The notes under the pieces: model-generated
Databases searched by the model: none
What the model saw: only the letters and a program-made list of their open reading frames with translations
Told to the model about the DNA's origin: nothing
Position numbers and translations under genes: made by a program
Assembly: GCA_034430835.1 (NCBI GenBank)
Contig: DAOUDX010000398.1
Location: forward strand, 1 to 24,000
From: Anaerolineae bacterium
GTDB taxonomy: Bacteria > Chloroflexota > Anaerolineae > B4-G1
Direction: 5' to 3'
Length of the DNA: 24,000 nt
In this document: piece after piece, positions 1-7,464 of the stretch
How the letters are laid out: each line of letters starts with the position of its first letter
Position numbering within the stretch: position 1 is the first letter of the stretch

Positions 1-42
1 CTTCTTCGCCCTGCAGATAGGCCTCGTGTATCTCTTCACAGG

Positions 43-554
43 ATGGCAGTGTCGCTTGGCTCACATCCGTATTGTCGCTGGCTTGTACGATTTTGGCAAG
101 TTAAAGAACTATGTTTCAGGCTGAGCAGTTACAATGGGGCAATGATGGTGTCGGATTTCGGTCAAATCGCCGTCGAGGAATGGGAACGCGCGGCCCAATT
201 GCGCCCGTACGTGCGGTTGGACGTGTCCGTGGCGATGCCCAATCATTTCCACGGAATCATTTGGGTTGTGGATGATGATGATGTCGTAGGGGCGCAGCGC
301 CGCTGCGCCCCTACCGATGCCCCCAACGTCCTACCGCGTTCATTGGGCGCCATTGTGCGCGCGTTCAAATCTGCCGTCACCCGGCGCATCAACCGGCTCC
401 GCAATACCCTTGGCGCCCCTGTCTGGCAGCGCAATTATTACGCGCGATGTGTGCATCGCGCCGCATCATCCGCAACGAACGGGAACTGAACGCCGTCCGC
501 GAATACATTCAGAACAACCCGGCCAATTGGCCCTCTGATACCGAAAACGCATGA
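43..554 (+). pseudogene. RAYT/IS200-like Y1 (HUH) transposase, frame-disrupted
   Basis: Frame-1 ORF 43-489 carries the HUH motif (AMPNHFHGII), LGAIVRAFKSAVTRRINRL and VWQRNYY. The expected C-terminus RIIRNERELNAVREYIQNNPANWPSDTENA* is read in frame 3 from 462 to the TGA at 552-554. The N-terminal ~30 aa look degenerate, and the reading frame is open to the window edge. Confidence 0.7.
442..461. repeat. 20-nt perfect hairpin (GCGCGATG-TGTG-CATCGCGC) at the transposase frame break
   Basis: 8-bp perfect inverted repeat with a 4-nt loop. It lies exactly between the last frame-1 codon TAC (439-441) and the first frame-3 codon CGC (462-464). Deleting these 20 nt joins WQRNYY to RIIRNEREL in frame. 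Confidence 0.8.
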
Positions 555-1225
555 AACCTGAAACCGCCAAAATCCTCCGCCTCCACCGCCTGCTCCTGGC
601 CGAATACGGCGACCATCCCTGGCACCCGCGCGACCCGGTCGCCGTCCTCGTCTCCACGATCCTCTCGCAGAACACCAACGACGTCAACCGTGACCGGGCG
701 TTCGAGCAACTGCGGGAGCGCTTTCCCACCTGGGAGGCGGTGCGCGACGCGCCGCTGGAGGAATTGATCGATGCGGTACGCCCGGCAGGGCTGGCTCCCA
801 CCAAGACCCCCCGCATCCAGGAGGCGCTGCGCCGCATCACCGCCGAGCGGGGCGCAATCTCCCTCGACTTTCTGGCCGACTGGGGGGGTGAAGAGGCGCG
901 GGCGTGGCTGCTGTCCATTCCCGGCGTCGGCCCGAAGACCGCCGCCATCGTCCTGCTCTTTGCGTTGGGCAAGCCCGCCTTTCCCGTGGATACTCACATC
1001 CACCGTGTCACCCGGCGGCTGGGTCTCATCCCGGAAAAGACCTCCCGCGAAAAGGCCCACGAGCTGCTGGAAGCGCTCGTGCCGCCCGATATCTACTATT
1101 GCTTCCACCTCAACCTCATCGAGCACGGGCGGGCCGTGTGTCACGCCCGCAACCCCGAGCACGAGCGGTGCGTGCTGCGAGACACGTGCCTCTCTTACCT
1201 GGCCCTGGGCGAGTCCAGGAGTTGA
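551..1225 (+). CDS. nth: Endonuclease III family DNA glycosylase/AP lyase (HhH-GPD with Fe-S cluster loop)
   Basis: 224 aa. HhH-GPD motif LLSIPGVGPKTAAIVLLFALGKPAFPVDTHIHRV, with the catalytic Lys (GVGPKT) and Asp (VDTH) equivalents. C-terminal cluster loop CHARNPEHERCVLRDTC. The ATG overlaps the upstream TGA (ATGA at 551-554). Confidence 0.9.
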   Translation: MKPETAKILRLHRLLLAEYGDHPWHPRDPVAVLVSTILSQNTNDVNRDRAFEQLRERFPTWEAVRDAPLEELIDAVRPAGLAPTKTPRIQEALRRITAERGAISLDFLADWGGEEARAWLLSIPGVGPKTAAIVLLFALGKPAFPVDTHIHRVTRRLGLIPEKTSREKAHELLEALVPPDIYYCFHLNLIEHGRAVCHARNPEHERCVLRDTCLSYLALGESRS

Positions 1226-1237
1226 GTGGACGCAAAA

Positions 1238-1265
1238 AGGGCGTCCGAAACGCGTCGAACGCCCT
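1238..1265. terminator. Possible bidirectional hairpin terminator between convergent nth and L25 genes
   Basis: AGGGCGT (1238-1244) pairs with ACGCCCT (1259-1265), with a 14-nt loop. It sits in the 69-nt gap between the convergent stops. The flanking T/A tracts are weak. Confidence 0.3.
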
Positions 1266-1294
1266 GTGTGTTCCGTTGATCGCCGGCTGGGGGA

Positions 1295-1981
1295 TTAATC
1301 CTCTTCGGCCTCTTCCTCTACTCCCTCTTCCCCGGCTTCCGTGATGACCTCGATCTCCTCGACGCCAGGCACCAATTCCTCTTCCAGCATCTCTTCGATG
1401 ACCTCTTCCTCCGCCAGTGGCACAGCGCGCACGATCATCTCGTTCGGGTCGGTGAGGACCTCGATACCGGCGGGAATGGCCAGGTCGCGCACGTGGATCG
1501 CCTGGTCGAGTTCCACGAGATCGGTCAGATCGACCGCGATGGCGTCCACCAGATCGGCCGGGAGACATTCGACCTCGACGGCAGAGAGGCCCTGCAGGAG
1601 CATGCCCTCGTTCTGCGCCACCACCGGTGATGCACCTTCCATCACCAGGGGGATCTCGGCCCGCAATCGCTCGGTCATCTGCACCCGGTAAAAGTCCACG
1701 TGCAGCGGATCCCCATGGATGGGATCGCGCTGCACATCGCGCACGAGAGCCATCTCTGGTTTCTTTGTGCCCTCGACGCTGATCCCGATAAGCTGGCTGC
1801 TACCGACGCGCGAAAGCAACCGGGTCAAATTGTGTGCCTCAAACTGTAGCGCTACCGAGTCGTAACCGTGACCGTACATCACGCCCGGCACCCATCCCTG
1901 TCGGCGCAATTGCCTCACCTGCTTGCCCGTCACTGTGCGTTTTTTGGCTGTCAGTTCGATCTTTTGTGCCTGTTGATTCAC
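1295..1981 (-). CDS. rplY: 50S ribosomal protein L25 / general stress protein Ctc
   Basis: 228 aa with GTG start. RTVTGKQVRQLRRQGWVPGVMYGHG...LVRDVQRDPIHGDPLHVDF is typical of Ctc-form L25. Long acidic C-terminal tail. GGGGAGG Shine-Dalgarno 6 nt upstream. Confidence 0.95.
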   Translation of the reverse strand: MNQQAQKIELTAKKRTVTGKQVRQLRRQGWVPGVMYGHGYDSVALQFEAHNLTRLLSRVGSSQLIGISVEGTKKPEMALVRDVQRDPIHGDPLHVDFYRVQMTERLRAEIPLVMEGASPVVAQNEGMLLQGLSAVEVECLPADLVDAIAVDLTDLVELDQAIHVRDLAIPAGIEVLTDPNEMIVRAVPLAEEEVIEEMLEEELVPGVEEIEVITEAGEEGVEEEAEED

Positions 1982-2084
1982 TTGCTACCTCCCCAACGTC
2001 GTTTCCCGACGGCGGCTCGACCAGACGCAACCAACGGGCGGGGCAGACCCGCCCGTAGGCAGCACCACCTCTGGTGGCGGCGGT

Positions 2085-2112
2085 ATTTTAGCGCAAAGTG
2101 CTGCTTTGTCAA
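2085..2112 (-). promoter_or_regulatory. Sigma70-type promoter for the L25 gene
   Basis: On the minus strand: TTGACA (plus coordinates 2107-2112), 16-nt spacer, TAAAAT (2085-2090). It lies ~100 nt upstream of the GTG start. Confidence 0.6.
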
Positions 2113-2182
2113 GCGCGGTGCCAAGCGTCGCGAGACGGTAACTTTGCAGTAACCCTGTAGTGAACCCACGGTAACCTCTCTG

Positions 2183-2191
2183 TGGTATACT
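2183..2191 (+). promoter_or_regulatory. Candidate extended -10 promoter (TGgTATACT) for the giant beta-helix gene
   Basis: TG (2183-2184), one nt, then TATACT (2186-2191), ~48 nt upstream of ATG 2239. The -35 is weak. The CTGTGGTAT context is shared with the arsR promoter at 10743-10750. Confidence 0.4.
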
Positions 2192-2238
2192 GCAACTGGT
2201 ATCAATTGAAGTACTCAGGGGAAGAGCAGGAAGGTGAT

Positions 2239-5200
2239 ATGGAACGCAGAAGAATTCTAGTCATCTCTGCCTTGCTGAGTGGCATGGCCGCTACGCTGAT
2301 CCTGTTCCTCTTAGTGCCCGAGCAGGTCACAGCCGCAGGAAGCGTGCACTACGTGGCCCTCGACTGCACGGATGTGCCGACACCCTGTCACACCACTGTG
2401 CAGGGCGCAGCGGACGCTGCCCGTGATGGCGATGTGGTCAAGGTGGCCGCTGGCACCTACACCAGTGTGAATACCCATCTCTGCAGGGACGATTCGACCT
2501 CCGGCGTCATTACCCAAGTGGTCTACCTCGAAAAGAGCATCGCTATCAAGGGCGGTTACACTATTGCCAACTGGACAGTGCCCGATCCCGGGGCCAACCC
2601 CACCACGCTGGACGCTCGGGGGCAAGGCCGAGTGCTGTACATCACGGGCGCGACCGTCACGATCGAGGGGTTGCGTATCACCGGCGGCGACGCGCAAGGG
2701 CTGGGCAGCAGCTTCCCGAGCTGGACCGATGCTGGCGGTGGAGTGTACGCCACCACCGCCACGCTTACGTTCATAGACAACTATGTGTTCGGCAATACTG
2801 CGGAGTGCGGCGGCGGCGTGTACCTTTCGAGAAGTGACGCCACGCTCAGCGACAATACCATCACCGCCAACACCGCTGGGTACAGCGGCGGTGGGCTATG
2901 TATGGACTACAGCTACGCCTCACTCAGCGACAACGCCATCATAGCCAATACCGCCAACTGGCGGGGTGGGGGACTACACTTGAGCGACAGCAACGCCACA
3001 CTCCACAACAACACCGTCTCCGACAACACCTCGCAGTATGGCGGCGGGCTGTACCTGTACAGAAGCGGCGCCACGCTCAGTGCCAACGCCGTCGTGACGA
3101 ACATCGCGAAATACGACGGCGGCGGGCTATACCTGGAAGAAAGCGAGGCCACGCTCGACAGAAATACCATCACCGCCAACGCTGCAATGGATGGCGGCGG
3201 GATGCGTGCGAAGAGAAGCGTCGTTGCCTTTGAGCGAAACACCATGATCGACAACGTTGCAGCAGGCACCAACGAGTGGAATGGGCGGGGTGGTGGACTA
3301 TGTCTGGAGGGCAGCGGCGCGACGCTCAATGGCAACACCATTAGACGCAACACTGCCAGTCAGGCCGGCGGCGGGCTGTACGTGTATGGCAGTGACGTAG
3401 TGGCGAGCAGCAACGTCGTCGCCGACAACCGCGCCGGAGCCGCGGGCAGCGGGCTGCACATCGTTTGCTCCTCGGCCCGCTTGCTGCACACCACCATTGC
3501 TCGGAATGGCTCGACCGGGCTCGCCACGGGCGCCGGCGGCGAAGGCAGCGGCGTCTGCATCACCAACGACTGGTCAGACTACAGCACGGTGGACATGATC
3601 AACACGATCTTGGTCGAGCACACGATAGGAATCACCGTCGCCAGGGGCAGCGAAGTCGCGCTGGAAGGCACACTGTGGGGCGGCAGCGATTGGGCCAACG
3701 GAAGCGACTGGCTGGGGGCAGGAGAGATCGTCACCGGCACGGTAAACCTGTGGCGCGACCCGGCCTTTGTCGATCCGGCGAACGGCGATTACCACATCGG
3801 CGCAGCGTCGCCGGCCGCCGATGCAGGCATCGACAGCGGCATCCCGGCCGATGTAGACGGCGACCCGCGCCCGGCAGGGTCCGGCTTTGACATCGGTGCC
3901 GACGAACGGCCGGGCCCCAGCCTGCGCCTGTACCAGGATGCCCAGCCTCTCGTCTCCACCCCTGGCCAGACCGTCACCTACAGCCTGATGATCACCAATG
4001 CCGGGGCCGCCGCCGTAACCCATGTGCGGCTCACCGATACCCTTCCCGCCTTCCAACAGGCAGCAGACATTGCGACGGACCGGGGCCATTGTACCCTGGT
4101 CGCCGGGTGGGGCGGCGGCGCGGCCTGCGATCTGGGCGCGATGGCGCCCGGCCAGTCCGCCCACGTCACCCTCATCGCCCAGGTGATGGCGAATCCATCG
4201 GTTGAGATTTCCCGCCCGGCATCCAACTCTGTCGTGGTCACGGCTGCTGAGACGACCAATGCTGCACATCTCGATATCATCTTGCACAATTGTCACGTTC
4301 GACTCAATGACAGCCCTGCTGAGTATCCGACCATCCAGGCTGCGGTAGACGCCAGTACCCGCTCGGCCGACGTGGTCAAGGTAGCGGGGTACTGCACAGG
4401 CGTGACCTCCCGGGCCGGAGTGCGTCAGGTGGTCTATCTCGGCAAGACGCTCACCATTCAAGGCGGGTGGAACATCTCCTTCACGCAGCGGAGCGCGCTC
4501 GACTACCCCACGACGCTGGACGCGCTTGGACAAGGGCGCGTGCTCTACATCCGTGGTCACGTTAGCCCCACCATCGAGGGACTGCGCCTCACCGGCGGGG
4601 ATGCGACCGGGCTGGGCGGGTTCACTGAACCGCGATGGCACACTCACGACGTCGGGGGTGGGGCATACGTCGTTGCCGCCGCTGCCACGTTCAGGGATAA
4701 TCACATCTTCGGCAACACCGCAGCGTGCGGCGGCGGGCTATTCCTGTACGAAAGCGACGTCACACTCACCGGTAACACCGTCAGCGACAACGTCGCGAGC
4801 GGTACCGACGACGAGATCGACAAGAGGGGCGGCGGCGGGCTATGTTCTGTCAATAGTGACGTCAGGCTTACTGGTAACACCATCTCGGCCAACGCCGCAC
4901 CAAAGGGGGGTGGGGTGTACTTGACGGGAGGCGTTGCCGTGCTCGACGGCAATACGGTTCAGGATAACGCCGCTGGCAGTGGCGGGGGGGTGTATCTGGG
5001 CCACAGCGAAGCCAGGCTGAGGGGCAATATCATCGTCGCCAATACCGCCAGAGGCGCAGGCGGTGGAATCTACTTGAACTCTGCCGCCGCTCTGGTGCGG
5101 AACGTCGTCTCCGCCAATACCGCTATTGAGGGTGGCGGGTTGTACGTGACCGGCAACGGAGCTGTGCTGAACGGCAATATCGTCGCCTCTAACGCAGCGG

Positions 5201-7464
5201 ATGACGGCGGGGGGATTCATCTGTCGTACAGTGACGCCACGTTGGCCAACAACGTCGTCGCCGACAATCGGGCCGCCAGGGCGGGCAGCGGGTTGTACAT
5301 CACACAGGCCTCGCCTCGTCTGCTGCACACCACCATCGCTCGGAATGGCTCGACCGGGCTCGCCACAGGCGCTGGCGGCAGCGGGGTTTACGTCACCACG
5401 ACCGGATCCTGGGGATCGCCCGGCACCGTGGTCCTGACCAACACTATCCTGGTCGGCCACGAGATAGGTCTCGTCGTGACGGAGGGCAACACGGCCACGC
5501 TGGAGGCCACGCTGTGGGGCAGCGGCGCGTGGGCGAATCGCATCGACTGGACAGGCGATGGTACGGTCAAGGTTGGCGCGGTCAACGTCTGGGGCGATCC
5601 CAGCTTCGTCGATCCGGCGAACGGCGACTACCATATCGGCGCGGGATCACGAGCCATTGATGCAGGGGTTTCCAGCAGCGCTCTCACGGACGCGGACGGC
5701 GATCCGCGCCCAGCGGAGTTCGGCGTGGATGTCGGCGCCGACGAGCAACCGGGGACCAGTCTATACCTACATCAGACTGCCTGGCCGCCGATCCTCAGTC
5801 CGGGGCAGACCATTACCTATAGCCTCTTTGTCTACAGCGGCGGCGCTAACCCGGCGACCCAGGTCTGGCTTACCGACACTCTGCCGGGCCCGCAGCAGGC
5901 GATCGCCGCCACCACGACCAGAGGCCGCTGCACGGCCGGTGCAGGCTGGGGCGGCGAGGTCCTCTGCGATCTGGGCACGCTGGCGCCGGGCGATGGTGTC
6001 CACATCACGCTGGTTGCCTGGGTGACGACGACCCAGCCGGTGCAGGTGGGCCAGCGGATGCAGAACGCTGTCCAAGTCACCGCCACCGAGACGAGCAACG
6101 CTGCCCACGCTCACACGTTGCTGCACAACTGCCACGCCCGGCTCAACGACAGCCCGGTCGCGTATTACACCGTCCAGGCGGCAGTGGACGCCAGCACCCA
6201 CCCGACCGACGTGGTCAAGGTGGCCGGAACCTGCATGGATGTGACGGACAGGTACGACACCTTTCAGATCGTACACCTCAGCAAAACGCTCACGATCCAG
6301 GGTGGGTGGAACACCGAGTTTACGCAGCGGAACGTGCTTAGCTATCCCACGACGCTGGACGCGCGCGGGCAGGGGCGCGTGTTGTTCATCACCGGCGATA
6401 TCAAGCCGACCGTCGAGGGGTTGAACATCACCGGTGGTGATGCACGCGAGCCAGGTGGCTTTGTGAGCATGTGGGAGAATACATACAGCGTTGGCGGCGG
6501 GGTATACGCGGTCGGCGCCTCTCCTACCTTCAAAGGGAACCGCGTGTTCGGCAATAACGCCGGCAACGGCGGCGGAGGGTTTTTCCTCTACGAAAGCGAC
6601 GGCACGCTCGATGGGAATATCATCGTCTCTAACGGCTCTTCCGAATACGGTGGTGGGGTGCATCTGCACTACAGCGCTGCCACGCTCAAAGGGAATACCG
6701 TGGTCTCTAACACTGCTGTTGGCGGCGGCGGTGTCTCTCTCTACCACAGCGACGCTGTGCTCCAGGGCAACGCTATCGTCGCCAACGTCGCCGGGTGGCA
6801 CGGTGGTGGGGGAGTGTACCTGGACTCGAGTCGCGCCGCGCTGAGCGGCAACACCATCAGCGCCAACACCGCCGATAAGGGCGGCGGGCTATATCTGCAC
6901 CACAGCGCCGCCACGCTTACCAACAACGTCGTCGCCGACAATCAAGCCGAGATCGAGGGCAGTGGAGTGTACATTGAAGGGTCCTCGGTCCGTCTGCTGC
7001 ACACCACCATCGCCCGCAACACCGGTGGCGATGGCACCGGCGTCTACGTCGCCGATTACTACGGGGGACTCCCTCGCAGCACGGTGTGGCTGACCAACAC
7101 CATTCTGGTCGGCCACGAGACAGGTCTCTATGTGACGGAGGGCAGCACAGTCACGCTGGAGGCCACGCTGTGGGGCAGCGGTGTATGGGCGAAGGCATCG
7201 ACCGGGCAGGAGATGGCACAATCGACATCGGCGTGCTCAACCTCTGGGGCGACCCGGCGTTCGTGGACCCGGCCCGGAGTGACTACCACCTCGCCGCCGG
7301 GTCTGCAGCAGTGGACGCGGGGATGGCAGCGGGGGTTTCGGTGGATATCGACGGCGAAACACGGCCCTACGGCGCTGCCCCGGACCTGGGGGCTGACGAG
7401 TGGGCCGGCCCTCTGCGCCGTGGAGCGGATTGGCGATCCGCTCCACAGGCCGCGCCTGACCTGA
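2239..7464 (+). CDS. Giant secreted parallel beta-helix (PbH1) repeat protein with three tandem beta-helix modules, the first two followed by DUF11-like domains; 3' part frameshifted
   Basis: ATG 2239 is preceded by AGGAAGGTGA. Signal peptide MERRRILVISALLSGMAATLILFLLVPEQVTAAG. Dozens of ~22-aa GGG(L/V)Y..S.ATL..N.I..N.A repeats. Cap motifs WGDP.FVDPANGDYH...DADGDPRP..G.D.GADE. DUF11-like segments (PGQT.TYSL...N.G...T.V.LTDTLP). After 7193 the conserved sequence continues in another frame (see findings). Confidence 0.85.
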   Translation: MERRRILVISALLSGMAATLILFLLVPEQVTAAGSVHYVALDCTDVPTPCHTTVQGAADAARDGDVVKVAAGTYTSVNTHLCRDDSTSGVITQVVYLEKSIAIKGGYTIANWTVPDPGANPTTLDARGQGRVLYITGATVTIEGLRITGGDAQGLGSSFPSWTDAGGGVYATTATLTFIDNYVFGNTAECGGGVYLSRSDATLSDNTITANTAGYSGGGLCMDYSYASLSDNAIIANTANWRGGGLHLSDSNATLHNNTVSDNTSQYGGGLYLYRSGATLSANAVVTNIAKYDGGGLYLEESEATLDRNTITANAAMDGGGMRAKRSVVAFERNTMIDNVAAGTNEWNGRGGGLCLEGSGATLNGNTIRRNTASQAGGGLYVYGSDVVASSNVVADNRAGAAGSGLHIVCSSARLLHTTIARNGSTGLATGAGGEGSGVCITNDWSDYSTVDMINTILVEHTIGITVARGSEVALEGTLWGGSDWANGSDWLGAGEIVTGTVNLWRDPAFVDPANGDYHIGAASPAADAGIDSGIPADVDGDPRPAGSGFDIGADERPGPSLRLYQDAQPLVSTPGQTVTYSLMITNAGAAAVTHVRLTDTLPAFQQAADIATDRGHCTLVAGWGGGAACDLGAMAPGQSAHVTLIAQVMANPSVEISRPASNSVVVTAAETTNAAHLDIILHNCHVRLNDSPAEYPTIQAAVDASTRSADVVKVAGYCTGVTSRAGVRQVVYLGKTLTIQGGWNISFTQRSALDYPTTLDALGQGRVLYIRGHVSPTIEGLRLTGGDATGLGGFTEPRWHTHDVGGGAYVVAAAATFRDNHIFGNTAACGGGLFLYESDVTLTGNTVSDNVASGTDDEIDKRGGGGLCSVNSDVRLTGNTISANAAPKGGGVYLTGGVAVLDGNTVQDNAAGSGGGVYLGHSEARLRGNIIVANTARGAGGGIYLNSAAALVRNVVSANTAIEGGGLYVTGNGAVLNGNIVASNAADDGGGIHLSYSDATLANNVVADNRAARAGSGLYITQASPRLLHTTIARNGSTGLATGAGGSGVYVTTTGSWGSPGTVVLTNTILVGHEIGLVVTEGNTATLEATLWGSGAWANRIDWTGDGTVKVGAVNVWGDPSFVDPANGDYHIGAGSRAIDAGVSSSALTDADGDPRPAEFGVDVGADEQPGTSLYLHQTAWPPILSPGQTITYSLFVYSGGANPATQVWLTDTLPGPQQAIAATTTRGRCTAGAGWGGEVLCDLGTLAPGDGVHITLVAWVTTTQPVQVGQRMQNAVQVTATETSNAAHAHTLLHNCHARLNDSPVAYYTVQAAVDASTHPTDVVKVAGTCMDVTDRYDTFQIVHLSKTLTIQGGWNTEFTQRNVLSYPTTLDARGQGRVLFITGDIKPTVEGLNITGGDAREPGGFVSMWENTYSVGGGVYAVGASPTFKGNRVFGNNAGNGGGGFFLYESDGTLDGNIIVSNGSSEYGGGVHLHYSAATLKGNTVVSNTAVGGGGVSLYHSDAVLQGNAIVANVAGWHGGGGVYLDSSRAALSGNTISANTADKGGGLYLHHSAATLTNNVVADNQAEIEGSGVYIEGSSVRLLHTTIARNTGGDGTGVYVADYYGGLPRSTVWLTNTILVGHETGLYVTEGSTVTLEATLWGSGVWAKASTGQEMAQSTSACSTSGATRRSWTRPGVTTTSPPGLQQWTRGWQRGFRWISTAKHGPTALPRTWGLTSGPALCAVERIGDPLHRPRLT
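2344..4290 (+). repeat. Intragenic module 1 (beta-helix + DUF11-like)
   Basis: Runs from VHYVALDC...TTVQGAADAARDGDVVKVAAGTY up to the ...AAHLDIILHN that precedes the CHVRLND anchor of module 2 at 4291. Parallels module 2 domain by domain. Confidence 0.7.
4291..6129 (+). repeat. Intragenic module 2 (1839 nt, 613 codons)
   Basis: Anchors are CHVRLNDSP at 4291 and CHARLNDSP at 6130. The stretch from 3484 matches the stretch from 5323 (offset 1839), with 3 mismatches in 57 nt counted by hand. Confidence 0.8.
6130..7409 (+). repeat. Intragenic module 3 (shorter beta-helix, no DUF11-like domain, frameshifted)
   Basis: GGTCGGCCAC at 7107 equals the same string at 5451 (offset 1656), with high identity to module 2 in the segment that follows it. 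The module ends with GAAPDLGADEWAG, read in the shifted frame. Confidence 0.7.

Noticed and set aside
509-1162. 217-aa and 168-aa minus-strand ORFs and 175/146-aa plus-strand ORFs overlapping nth
   Set aside because: They are antisense or off-frame to a clearly conserved endonuclease III. They have no motifs and a GC-driven absence of stops.
3574-4704. Long minus-strand ORFs inside the giant gene (3574-4704, 4840-5634, 5767-6801) and many shorter alternative-frame ORFs from 2300 to 7250
   Set aside because: These are shadow ORFs expected in high-GC DNA. Their translations are low-complexity R/G/A/P-rich with no motifs. The plus-strand frame has a coherent repeat and domain architecture.
2713-7050. 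Regular ~66-69-nt periodicity that might suggest a DNA tandem repeat or CRISPR-like array
   Set aside because: The periodicity is at the protein level (PbH1 beta-helix turns). The units are degenerate at the DNA level, and there is no conserved repeat / unique spacer organisation.
7185-7200. Programmed ribosomal frameshift as the explanation for the frame change in the giant gene
   Set aside because: There is no slippery X-XXY-YYZ heptamer or homopolymer at the site (TGGGCGAAGGCATCG). Comparison with module 2 points to a simple 1-nt deletion.
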